Shown: piece after piece, positions 9,962-19,990 of the stretch
Numbering within the stretch: the stretch's first letter is position 1
How the letters are laid out: each line of letters starts with the position of its first letter
Source: Candidatus Tanganyikabacteria bacterium
Lineage (GTDB): Bacteria > Cyanobacteriota > Sericytochromatia > S15B-MN24 > VGJW01
Reading direction: 5' to 3'
Assembly: GCA_016867265.1 (NCBI GenBank)
Contig: VGJW01000008.1
Location: 458 to 64,457, forward strand
Length of the DNA stretch: 64,000 nucleotides
The notes under the pieces: model-generated
Database searches by the model: none
The model's input: the letters and a program-made list of their open reading frames with translations, nothing else
Told to the model about the DNA's origin: nothing
Translations under genes and position numbers: made by a program

Positions 9962-10753
9962 ATGAAACGCGTGACACCCCGGGGGGCACTTGTATCAGGC
10001 CTCCTACTCCTCTCCATTCATGCGGGCGGCTGCACCGGCACGGCGGTTCCTGGTTCCGCTGCGACGAACGTGCCCAAGAAATCGCCCGCACCCAAGCCTT
10101 CAGCGGCCGCGCCGCGAGGACCAGGCACGGACAGTATGTCCGGCTCGATCGGGGGGGGCAGCAGCCCGACTCCGTCCCCTGCCACCTCCTCTGCTCCGCA
10201 GGGAGGTCAAACGGCAGGGGAAGCAAGTGGCGGGGCCGCCTCACCAGCGCCGACACCAGCCTCGGGCAGCGGCACTTCAGGCGGCTCAAGCCCTCAGGTG
10301 CCGGTGCCAACTGCAACAACCCCTCCCCCGTCTGGAACTCCGTCCTCGGGCGGAAACGACCCTGCGCCAGGCAACAATCCCTACTTCCCGCTGGAATCGT
10401 CCGACATCAAGTTAATGATTGGCAGTTCCATTGTCGGCAATATGATCAGTACGATCTACGAGCCGGCGCCCGACGGGAACAACTCCCTGAACAAGCCAAC
10501 CACGCTGAAACTGACGGCGTCTGTCTTGCTCAATAACCTCTCCACAGACAGCAGGGCCAAGTGGGAATCCAGGAACAGACTTGTGGCAATTGTTGACGCA
10601 ACAGGGCTCGTGACGGCAGTGGGCCGAGGCAGGACTGAAATTATCGCCAGACCTGCGGATGACCTGAGTTACCCAGCGGGCTACACGGTACCCACGGCAA
10701 CCGCGGTGATAGAAGTTCGTGCCGTCGCGGCCATCGACCTGGTGGTGGAGTGA
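9962..10753 (+). CDS. lipoprotein with Pro/Ser/Gly-rich linker and C-terminal Big_2-like Ig domain
   Basis: AAGGAAGG RBS. Lipobox LLLLSIHAGGCTG. Low-complexity PAPKPSAAAPRGPG...TPPPSGTPSSGG. C-terminal Big_2-like motif (LVAIVDATGLVTAVGRGRTEIIARP). Confidence 0.65.
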   Translation: MKRVTPRGALVSGLLLLSIHAGGCTGTAVPGSAATNVPKKSPAPKPSAAAPRGPGTDSMSGSIGGGSSPTPSPATSSAPQGGQTAGEASGGAASPAPTPASGSGTSGGSSPQVPVPTATTPPPSGTPSSGGNDPAPGNNPYFPLESSDIKLMIGSSIVGNMISTIYEPAPDGNNSLNKPTTLKLTASVLLNNLSTDSRAKWESRNRLVAIVDATGLVTAVGRGRTEIIARPADDLSYPAGYTVPTATAVIEVRAVAAIDLVVE

Positions 10754-10754
10754 A

Positions 10755-11930
10755 ATGATGCGTAACCATCCGGTTGCCCTTGCCGTCTCAGCTTCCATCG
10801 CTGCGAGTCTGTCATCTTGCGCCGCGATTTCGAACCCCACGCCTGCCCAATCGGGTCCCGTCATGCCCGAAGCCGTCGTAGCTGGTGTCCAACCAACCCA
10901 TCTGGGCTTGGCAGAGCTGACCTTGACGATTCGCTGGCCAGCCAGAACCAGCCAAGGTTTGCCCCCAAACGCCGTTCGCGTCGAGGCAACTGTGAGAGAC
11001 AAGGTCGGCAATCCGCTGGGGGCCGCCTCCGTGAATCGGGATGGTGCACCGACCTCGACTCTGGCGATAACAGACATTCAGGTGCCGATCGATGGGCTCG
11101 TAACGGTCAATGTGCGGGCGATTGATGCCGCAAATGAAGAGGTGGGCATGGGTTCGAAGATGGTGACCATCGTCCCAAACCAACGTACAGCCGTCGCGAT
11201 CTCAGTCACGGCAACCAAGGTTCCCGGCCTGACCTTCGTCAACCCCTTGGCAGCAGGGCCCGGCATTGTCGTACGGGCCTCCGGAAACTACCTTCCGAAA
11301 TCCAAGGACGGCGTGACGCTCAAGCTGGGCGGAATACCTGTTGATGTCCTGAATCTGGATGCCTCAGGCGGAACCTTTCTTGAGTTCATCGTTCCCGGCA
11401 ACGCGACCAGTGATCAGGTTGTGCTCGGCTACCTCGGACAAACCATCAAGAGCAATGACACCTTCCAGACCATCAAGTCCATCACGCTGGCGGTGCCCCC
11501 ATCCGGGCTTGCCAGTGGGTCAACGGCGACCTTTGTCGCCCAGGCATTGAACAGTGCATCCGAAGCCGTAGCCGGTGCGCGCCTCACTTGGAACCTGATC
11601 AACGTCACGGGAGTTCCGGGAAGTGCACCAAGTGGTGGGGGCGCCTCGAGTGGCGGCGCAGCAGGAGTGCCCGGGGGGGCTCCGGGAGGCGGTGGCCCAG
11701 GATCCATGGATAACAACTATGTCGGTTCGTTCGTAGACTTCCAGTCGACCAGCGCCATCGCCGGCGGCGAAGTTGCCGGCGGGGCGCCCGGGGGTAGCAG
11801 TTCTTCTGGCGGGTCCGCTTCACCGCCTCAGGCTACCAACAGCATCACCTTCACGACGGCGGGAACGGCAACCCTCGAGGTCAAGACGGGCCAGACCGTC
11901 GCCACCGCGACAATCGTCATCAAGCCCTGA
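10755..11930 (+). CDS. lipoprotein, IPT/Ig-like surface protein
   Basis: ATG 10755 begins 2 nt after the upstream stop. Lipobox IAASLSSCAA. IPT-like segment (SGNYLPKSKDGVTLKLGGIPVDVLNLDASGGTFLEFIVPGNATSDQVVLGY). Gly/Ala/Pro low-complexity near the C-terminus. Confidence 0.6.
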   Translation: MMRNHPVALAVSASIAASLSSCAAISNPTPAQSGPVMPEAVVAGVQPTHLGLAELTLTIRWPARTSQGLPPNAVRVEATVRDKVGNPLGAASVNRDGAPTSTLAITDIQVPIDGLVTVNVRAIDAANEEVGMGSKMVTIVPNQRTAVAISVTATKVPGLTFVNPLAAGPGIVVRASGNYLPKSKDGVTLKLGGIPVDVLNLDASGGTFLEFIVPGNATSDQVVLGYLGQTIKSNDTFQTIKSITLAVPPSGLASGSTATFVAQALNSASEAVAGARLTWNLINVTGVPGSAPSGGGASSGGAAGVPGGAPGGGGPGSMDNNYVGSFVDFQSTSAIAGGEVAGGAPGGSSSSGGSASPPQATNSITFTTAGTATLEVKTGQTVATATIVIKP

Positions 11931-12324
11931 AATCCTGCAATGTGGACGGCCTGCCTGCCCGATTCGCAGGGCGGGCACGTTCTGGGAACTTGCACCCGGG
12001 GATGATCTCCGGCGGCTAGACGTCCTGCAGACTTGGCTTCCCATCGCTACCATCCACGCCAGAAGACAAAAAGGCGGGTTGCGACGTTTCTGCGTAGAAC
12101 CTCTGCTTGCTTTACGAGCGGACCCGACAGCCCGCCCATTGTTCAGCCTTTTTGAAATTCCTGTTTCATCAAACAGCCCTCGGGGCGGCTCTCCGGATAA
12201 CACCCTCAAGCGAAGGCCACCTCGAAACAGGTGCAGACGCGGCGGGCCATCCCGGGGGGGATGGATACCGACCCTCGTCGAACGGCCTTCGCAACCGCTT
12301 GGCTCATCAAAGGGGGATGAAACA

Positions 12325-13764
12325 ATGGCTGACGCAATCAACACCAATCCGGCGATCAAGCCCGCCATCACGGGCAACCAGGTGGCCAGCGCCGCAGCAC
12401 CCGCGGTCAAGGCTGCTGCGGATGCGCCCGCAGCCGACTTCGGTTCCGGCAACAGCCCGAAGTTTCCCGCCGCCGACTCGGCGGCCACCCCTGCCCGTGG
12501 CCAGGCTTCAGGCCTCGACTTCCGGAGCTGGGGCGACCCGCACTTCGTGTCGGGCGACGGCCGCAAGTGGGACAACATGAACATCGGCACCGTCAGCCTC
12601 TTCAGGAGCGACAAGGGTGACCTCGAACTGCAGAGCAATCAGCAGAAGGTCGAGGGTCTGGGTGCCGTCGGCTCGACCGTCAACGTGGGCGCGGCGCTCC
12701 GGGTCGGCGAGAACGTCGTTCGGTATGACGCTCAGGCGGACAAGCTGTTCGTCAACGACAAGGAAGTCGCCGTCGAGGCCGGCAAGCCCTACGCGCTGCC
12801 CGGTGGCGGCAAGATCGAGCGCAAAGGCGACAATCTGGAAGTCACCAGTGCCAAGGGCGACCTCGTCCGCTTCGAGGACAAGGGCAAGTACATGGACATC
12901 TCGGGCAAGCTGTCCGCCACCCGTGAGGATGGCGAGGTCACGGGCGCCCTAGGCCGCTTCGACGCCGACACCAACGCCGACAACGACCTCGTGATGCCCG
13001 ATGGCACGATGGCCAAGTCCGTCGAGGAGTTCAACAACGCCTGGAACACCACCCAGGCCAAGGACATGTTCAAGAACGCAGCTGCCGACATCGTCAAGGC
13101 CGCCCAAGCCGAGATGAGCCCCTACGCCAAGGAGCGCCAGGCCCTCGAAGCCGAGAAGAAGGCCCTCTACGAGCAGGAGCAGGCCAAGGGCAAGGAGCGC
13201 CTGGACATCGTGGGCAGCATGCCCCTCAAGGATGCCGTGGCCGACTACCTGCGGGCCCTGCCCGCCGACAAGGTCACCGAGACCGACAAGGAACTGCTGG
13301 CCAAGTACGACGCGGCCAAGAGCAAGGTCGCGGCCCTCGAGGCCGAGATCGCGACGCTCAACGAGAAGCAGGCTGCCATCGACAAGCGGCTCGAGGGCCT
13401 GAACCAGATGGAGAAGCTGGATGGCGTGATGAAGACCGAGTTCGCTGCCGAGCAGACGGCGGGCACCGAGCGGGTCAAGGCCCTCGAGGAGAAGATTGCC
13501 GGTGCCGCCCGGTACAACGCCCTCACGGCTTCCTCCGCCACCAATCCGATGGCCATCAGTGGCGCTGATACCATCTGGATGCAGGGCTACGAGCGGATCA
13601 GGCAGCGGATCGCCGCCCTCGAGACCGAGATCGCGGACCGCAACCGCAAGCAGCAGGAAGCCGCCGCCGAGAAGGCCCGCATCGACGCCGCGACCAAGTA
13701 CCCGGTGAAGCCCGCCGCCACCACGCCGGTCAATGCCGTGGCACCCGACGGCAAGGCCGCCTGA
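12325..13764 (+). CDS. vWD (von Willebrand factor type D)-like domain protein with long coiled-coil C-terminal half
   Basis: ATG 12325 with AGGGGGA RBS; the upstream part of ORF 11773..13764 looks non-coding. vWD-like signature WGDPHFVSGDGRKWDNMNIG near the N-terminus. C-terminal ~250 aa are heptad-rich (KALEAEIATLNEKQAAIDKRLEGLNQMEKL...). Confidence 0.6.
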   Translation: MADAINTNPAIKPAITGNQVASAAAPAVKAAADAPAADFGSGNSPKFPAADSAATPARGQASGLDFRSWGDPHFVSGDGRKWDNMNIGTVSLFRSDKGDLELQSNQQKVEGLGAVGSTVNVGAALRVGENVVRYDAQADKLFVNDKEVAVEAGKPYALPGGGKIERKGDNLEVTSAKGDLVRFEDKGKYMDISGKLSATREDGEVTGALGRFDADTNADNDLVMPDGTMAKSVEEFNNAWNTTQAKDMFKNAAADIVKAAQAEMSPYAKERQALEAEKKALYEQEQAKGKERLDIVGSMPLKDAVADYLRALPADKVTETDKELLAKYDAAKSKVAALEAEIATLNEKQAAIDKRLEGLNQMEKLDGVMKTEFAAEQTAGTERVKALEEKIAGAARYNALTASSATNPMAISGADTIWMQGYERIRQRIAALETEIADRNRKQQEAAAEKARIDAATKYPVKPAATTPVNAVAPDGKAA

Positions 13765-13812
13765 AGACCGATCCGGCTGGCGCCTTCACCGTCGCCCCCG
13801 TAGGATGCAGGG

Positions 13813-14751
<939 letters not shown>

Positions 14752-16106
14752 ATCGGGCGACATCAGCTCGAGCCGGCCGCCGTGCCGCTCGGCAATACCC
14801 TTGACGATGGCCAGGCCCAGGCCCACCCCCCCGCTCGTCCGCGCACGGGAAACATCAGCCCGGTAAAAGGGTTCCGTGACCTTGTCGAGGTGCTCGGCCG
14901 GGATGCCGGGACCGTCATCGACGACGCAGACCCTGGCCTGCCGACCCTCGGTCCGGACCTCAAAGAGGATGTGTCCCCCCGTGGGCGTGTAGCGCCAAGC
15001 ATTGTCGAGCAGGTTGCGCATTGCGCGCGCCAACAGGCGCTCATCGCCCAGCACGCGACACGATGAGATGGCCATCGAGAAGCGCACGTCCATTTCCTCG
15101 GGCATCAGCTCCCGCTCCCGGACCAAGGCACGGGCAACCTCAGCCAAGTCGACCTCGGTCCGCACCTGGCCCGAGAGGCGCTGGGCACGCGCTGCCTCGA
15201 GCAGCTCGCTCACGAGGCGCTCGATGGCCTCGAGGTCCTTGCGAACCCTTGCAACGTAGGGTGCCGACTCGGCATCGGCCTGGACCAGCGAGATGGCAAG
15301 AAATGCCCGGGACAGGGGTGCCCGAAGCTCGTGGGAGACATCCGAAAGCAGCCGGTCCTTGCTGGCCATCAGCTCGGCGAGGCGTGCCCGCATGCCCTCC
15401 AGAGTCTCCTCGAGATCGCCGAACTCGTCGCGCCGCGTCCGCGGCACGGGCGTCTCGAGATCGCCCAGGGCCAGTTGGTGCGCCCGCTGCTGGATGCGCC
15501 TGAGGGGAATCACCACCCACAACCACAGCGGGGGAATCAGGATGAAACCCAGGACAACGGGCCCCAGCCAAGGATAGCGGACGAGTGGCGGGGCATCGGG
15601 AACCGGTGCAGGGATGATGACGTGGGCGGCTCCGAGGGGCTGATCCACGGAACCCAGGCGCACCCAGTAGCCAGGCCCCTTGACCGTGAGGCCACCCGGA
15701 CCGGGAGCAGCCGGCCACTGGGCACCCATGCCTTCGACCCGGGGCAGCCGTGTCGTCGGCTTGAGCCAAGCCAATCCCGGCGTCCCTTCCTTCACATCGA
15801 TGGCGACCTCGGTACGTGCCCGACGCAGCACCTCCGGTACCGCATCCCAGGGGACGATCTCGATGCCCATGCCCATCTCGTCACGCGCCCGGGCCACCTC
15901 GCCCGCGCCGGGCAATCGTGCGAATTCATGGCCTTGCATCAGCCGGTCGGAAACCCATCGGCCCTGCGCAAGCATCATGCGGTCCATGGCCCGCAGGCTC
16001 GCCTCGTCCCGTCGGATCGACCACGTGACCAGCCCGACCACCACCACGACCAACAGGAGCAGGGCGATGGCCACGACACCGTACAGGCGCAGGACGACGG
16101 ACCGGA

Positions 16107-16808
16107 TCACCAGGTAAACCTGTAGCCCAGGCCCCGCACGGTATGCAGGTGCCTCGGGCGTCGTGGGTGAGGCTCGATCTTGGCCCTGAGCCGACTGATT
16201 TGGACATCGATGGCCCGATCGTAGACGTCGTGCGCCCCGGCGACGTCCAGGGCATCCAGCAACTGATCCCGGGTGAAAGTACGACCCGGAGAAGCGGCCA
16301 TGACTTCGATCAGTCGGGCCTCCGTGGGCGTCAGGACATAGGACCGACCCTCGAGCCACAGGGTCCGTTCATCGCCGTCGAACTGATTGGCGACGACGGC
16401 AGGCTCGATCACCTCGAGCGTCCGGACCGGCGCCTGCGCTCCGGAGCGCCGCAGGACGGCCTCGATCCGGGCCAGCAGTTCATGCGGATTGAAGGGCTTG
16501 GGCAGGTAGTCGTCGGCACCCAGCCTGAGCCCCCGGATTCGATCCAGATCGTCGCCCCTGCCTGTCAGCATCACGATAGGAATGGAGAGGCCGCGCGCGC
16601 GCAGGTCGCGGCACAACGTGAAACCATCCCGGCCCGGCAGCATCACGTCCAGCAGCAGCAAGTCCGGCACCAATGCGCTGCCGACGACGTATTCCTCAAG
16701 GTCGTGGCCGTTGCCGCGGACCTCCACGGCATAGCCGTGACGCACGAGAAACGTGGACAACAAACCCGCGAGGTCGGGGTCGTCGTCGACTACCAGGAGA
16801 CGCCTCAT
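16107..16808 (-). CDS. OmpR-family response regulator
   Basis: Receiver domain (MRRLLVVDDDPDL ... D in LLLLDVMLPG) plus winged-helix C-terminus (ISRLRAKIEP ... VRGLGYRFTW). GGAGG RBS upstream of ATG 16808. Confidence 0.9.
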   Translation of the reverse strand: MRRLLVVDDDPDLAGLLSTFLVRHGYAVEVRGNGHDLEEYVVGSALVPDLLLLDVMLPGRDGFTLCRDLRARGLSIPIVMLTGRGDDLDRIRGLRLGADDYLPKPFNPHELLARIEAVLRRSGAQAPVRTLEVIEPAVVANQFDGDERTLWLEGRSYVLTPTEARLIEVMAASPGRTFTRDQLLDALDVAGAHDVYDRAIDVQISRLRAKIEPHPRRPRHLHTVRGLGYRFTW

Positions 16809-16882
16809 GGCCCACCTCCACCCTTCGAGCTTGCCCCAGCCATGTTGCATGGTCTTTGCAGGATGCGGTACTCGTGGGGGTG

Positions 16883-17488
16883 ATGATCATCGAGGTTTGG
16901 TCGGACTTCGTCTGACCGTGGTGCTACGTCAGCCTGGATCGGCTGGCCCGGCTTGTGGGCCGCTACCCGGTCACGCTGCGGTGGCATCCGTTCCAATTGC
17001 GACCGGACACGCCTTACGAGGGCGTCCCGTTGTCGCGCATCCTGCCGCCCGCCTATCTGGCGCAGGCTCGCGCTCGCCTCGAGGAGGCGACCACCAGCCT
17101 GGGCATGGCCTATGCTCCGCCGGACCTCGTCCCCAACACCCACCTCGCCCACGAGGCGGCGGCCCACGCCGAGGCCCACGGCAGGGGCGACGCTTTCCAC
17201 CGCGCCTTGTTGACCGCCTACTTCGGGCACGGTCGTGCCATCGGTGACCGCAAGGTCCTGCTGGACGTTGCGGAGCAGGTTGGCCTCGACCCCGAGGTGC
17301 TCGCACGGGATCTCGACAGCGGCGCCCGTTCCGAAGAAGTCGAAGCAGGCCTCGCCTTGGCGCAGGAACTGGGGATCACCGCCGTGCCGACGTTCGTGTT
17401 CCCCGACAGGCGAGCCTTGTCGGGTGCCCAGCCATGGGCGGTCTTCACGAAGGCCATGGAGCTTCAGGGCGTGGCACCACGCACCTGA
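16883..17488 (+). CDS. DsbA/FrnE-like thioredoxin-fold oxidoreductase with in-frame TGA at the first CxxC position (candidate selenoprotein or pseudogene)
   Basis: ORF 16673..16915 (..MIIEVWSDFV*) and ORF 16955..17488 are in the same frame, separated only by TGA 16913-16915. The read-through product is MIIEVWSDFV-[TGA]-PWCYVSLDRLARLVGRYPV..., i.e. the canonical FrnE/DsbA N-terminus (xIxVWSDxxCPWCY) with TGA in place of Cys. GGGGGTG precedes ATG 16883. Confidence 0.55.
16928..16947 (+). ncRNA. SECIS-like hairpin 12 nt downstream of the in-frame UGA
   Basis: GUCAGCC-UGGAUC-GGCUGGC: a 7-bp stem including one G-U pair, with a 6-nt loop containing GG/U. It starts 13 nt after the UGA, which is the spacing of bacterial SECIS elements. 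Confidence 0.3.
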
Positions 17489-17495
17489 CGGTTCG

Positions 17496-18176
17496 TCAGG
17501 GGGCAGGAGATGGTTGCCCGGGCGTCGGCTCGGGGGCAGGCTCGGGCTTGGGCGCGGTGTCGTCCGGTGGCGGCACGGGCACTTCCCCTCCGGGACCTTC
17601 GACAGGAGGCGTCGGCTTCCGGAAGAACCGCCCGACGATGTTGCCGACGAAGATCGCACCGATATAGGCTCCGCCGCCCACGAAGGCACCGATGGCCGTC
17701 CCCAATGGCCCTCCGAGCGCCGTGCCCACGGCCGCGCCGAGCAGCACGGGTCCGGGACCGAGCAGCATCAGCTTGGCGCCGAGCTTGGCCTGGTTCCAGT
17801 CCTTCACGTCGCCACGGAAGCGGTCGACCACGTTCTGGATGATGTCGTAGAGGCCGATGCCGGCACCCGGCAGGCACCCCCCGGCCACGGCCCCGATCGC
17901 GGCGCCGGGCGGCCCGGCGATCAGGCCGCCCACGACACCGCCGATGGCCGCCGTGACTGGCGTGCCCAGGACGACCGAGACGACCTGAACCAGATCATCC
18001 CAGCCCTCGAGGCGCCGGACACGCACCGGATGCTGCACCCGCGCCTCGGGTGACAGGCGCAGTCGGTCGCGCGCCATGCCGGCGGCCTCTTCAGGCGGAC
18101 GTGTCGTTGGCGCTGCCGACGGCTTGCCGATGCCAAGGGTCCGCGCAATCGAGCTGGCCATGCCTTGGATATTCAT
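17496..18176 (-). CDS. glycine-zipper membrane protein with Pro-rich C-terminal tail
   Basis: GxxxG zipper segments (AIGGVVGGLIAGPPGAAIGAVAGG; LGGPLGTAIGAFVGGGAYIGAIFVG). C-terminal PEPAPEPTPGQPSPAP. ATG 18176 preceded by GGAGG. The longer ORF 17496..18266 is trimmed. Confidence 0.55.
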   Translation of the reverse strand: MNIQGMASSIARTLGIGKPSAAPTTRPPEEAAGMARDRLRLSPEARVQHPVRVRRLEGWDDLVQVVSVVLGTPVTAAIGGVVGGLIAGPPGAAIGAVAGGCLPGAGIGLYDIIQNVVDRFRGDVKDWNQAKLGAKLMLLGPGPVLLGAAVGTALGGPLGTAIGAFVGGGAYIGAIFVGNIVGRFFRKPTPPVEGPGGEVPVPPPDDTAPKPEPAPEPTPGQPSPAP

Positions 18177-18330
18177 GGGGGAGTTGTCGCCTCCAAGGCT
18201 CCCCTGCGTGCGTGTCCGGAAAGCGAATAACCCCAAGACAAGGACAAGAAACGAATAAGAAATCACTTCTCCTGTTCCTGATGTTCTGCTAAGGTAGGGT
18301 CAGAGACTCGCAAACGGTCCCTTAACACCC

Positions 18331-19068
18331 ATGCAGCCCTTGCCTCCCCAGACCGCCACACGCCGTGTGCTCGCCACGCTTGCGCTGGCGATGATGACGG
18401 CCCTTGCCGGCTGCGGCAGTGACCGCCATTCGGGCCCGCCGACGACCCTGCCGACCCAGGCCCCCATGCCCTTGCCCCTGCCGGGTACCCAACCCGACAA
18501 CCCCGCGGCAGCCTGGCAGTGGGTGGACCGTGTCCTGCGCACCCACCAGGCCGTCCGTGCCTACGAGTCCCAGCTCGCCTTCTACCAGAAGTCAGCCACC
18601 GAAGAGATTCGCGGCATGTATGACCTGCGCGGCAAGCAACCGCGCCTGCTCCGCATCCAGATTCTCGAGGGCGCGTCGAAGGGAGCCAAGCTGCTCTGGC
18701 AGGGAGGCCGCACCATCAAGGTCCGGGCTGCCGGCCTGCTGGGTGCCATCCCGATCGATCTCGACCTGACGGACAAGCGCATCATCTCGATCCGCGGCTA
18801 CACCTTGGCCCAGACGGACCTCCAGAGCCTGCTGGCCATGTTGTCGAACCCGGCTGCGCAAGCGCGTTTCCTGGGCGAACAAGGCGGCTTCGGCTACGTC
18901 GAGGTCCGGGGCCCCCACCTGTTGCCCGGATGCGTGTCGATGGTGGTGCGCGTCGATGGCCGCACGGGCTACGTCCGGACCATCGAGATGAGTGACCGCC
19001 GCGAAGTCGTCTTCCGCATGGAGCTCAGGACCTTCCGGCCGGTGGCCGATGTCTCGCTGGACATCTGA
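18331..19068 (+). CDS. lipoprotein (LolA-like/unknown function)
   Basis: Lipobox MMTALAGCGSD. Pro-rich linker then a ~180-aa globular domain. No catalytic motif recognised. Confidence 0.55.
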   Translation: MQPLPPQTATRRVLATLALAMMTALAGCGSDRHSGPPTTLPTQAPMPLPLPGTQPDNPAAAWQWVDRVLRTHQAVRAYESQLAFYQKSATEEIRGMYDLRGKQPRLLRIQILEGASKGAKLLWQGGRTIKVRAAGLLGAIPIDLDLTDKRIISIRGYTLAQTDLQSLLAMLSNPAAQARFLGEQGGFGYVEVRGPHLLPGCVSMVVRVDGRTGYVRTIEMSDRREVVFRMELRTFRPVADVSLDI

Positions 19069-19093
19069 GGGCCTCGCCCTGGCCGCAGCGGCC

Positions 19094-19990
19094 ATGCCGC
19101 AGTGGATTCGTCCGGAAACCGGCCCTGAGCGCGAAACAATGCCCGATGCGGCGTGGGACCCGCCGGTTCCGGACACGTTGCGCCTGACGTGGCTGGGTAC
19201 CGCCTGCTTCCTGGTCCAGACCCGATCCACCACGCTTCTGCTTGACCCCTTCGTCAGCCGTCCGGGCCTCTGGCGCACGTTATCCTCCCCGCTTGATCCG
19301 GACCCCGCCGTGCTGGAACGCGTCGCGCGCTGGTTGCCGCGCCCCACCGCCCTGCTGGTCGGCCACGCCCACTACGACCATGCGCTCGACGCGGCGCCCA
19401 TCGCAGGTCGCTTCCGGGCACCCCTCCTCGCATCCCAGGGCATGCTTCGGCTGGCACGGGCCCAAGGCCTGCCTGCCGAGTTGGCCGAACCCGTGGCTGC
19501 GGGCGAAACGCACAGGATTGGAGACCTCGAGGTCACGTTCGTGCCCTCGGCCCATGCGCCACTGGCAACCCAGTGGCTGGTCGGCGGCGAGGTCGCCGAG
19601 GACCCGCGTCCTCCGCTCCGCCTGCGGGACTGGAGGCATGATGCCGTCCTCGGGTTGCGGATCCGCTGGCGTGGCCGATCGCTGCACCACTCGGGCAGCG
19701 CCGAGGTCTTGGGCATGCCCGGCCAATGGGCGCCCACCGACGTGCTGATGCTCTGCATGGCCGGCTGGACCGCCACGCCCGGACTGCTCGAGCGCGTCCA
19801 AGCCGTGCTGGCACCCAGAGTGCTGCTGCCGATGCACCATGACGACTTCTTCCGTCCCCTCGGCAAGGGTTTTCGCCCCTTGGCCGCGGCGCGCGAGGCA
19901 CTGGCCGTCAACACGTGGTCCCGCACGCTCGCCGTGACGACCATCGCGCCCGTCACGCGGCATTTCCAGCAATGGACGCTCACCGCGTGA
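19094..19990 (+). CDS. MBL-fold metallo-hydrolase
   Basis: HxHxDH motif LLVGHAHYDHALD plus downstream His/Asp ligands. Start uncertain: ATG 19094 or 19139 within ORF 18992..19990, which overlaps the upstream gene. Confidence 0.75.
   Translation: MPQWIRPETGPERETMPDAAWDPPVPDTLRLTWLGTACFLVQTRSTTLLLDPFVSRPGLWRTLSSPLDPDPAVLERVARWLPRPTALLVGHAHYDHALDAAPIAGRFRAPLLASQGMLRLARAQGLPAELAEPVAAGETHRIGDLEVTFVPSAHAPLATQWLVGGEVAEDPRPPLRLRDWRHDAVLGLRIRWRGRSLHHSGSAEVLGMPGQWAPTDVLMLCMAGWTATPGLLERVQAVLAPRVLLPMHHDDFFRPLGKGFRPLAAAREALAVNTWSRTLAVTTIAPVTRHFQQWTLTA

Noticed and set aside
11155-11175. tRNA-like 'GGGTTCGAAG' T-arm-like string
   Set aside because: It lies inside a well-supported CDS, with no acceptor/anticodon stem structure around it. 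No tRNA genes are recognisable in the window.
11773-12324. Upstream 184 codons of the 663-aa ORF 11773..13764
   Set aside because: This part is Arg/Pro-rich junk-like sequence that overlaps the previous gene's 3' end and contains an AT-rich non-coding island. A good RBS precedes ATG 12325, where the vWD domain begins.
16955-17488. Treating the DsbA-like gene as a simple GTG-initiated ORF starting at 16955
   Set aside because: That start would delete the conserved (I/V)WSDxxCPWCY N-terminus, which is present in-frame immediately upstream across a single TGA. Retained only as an alternative (truncated/pseudogene) in the finding.
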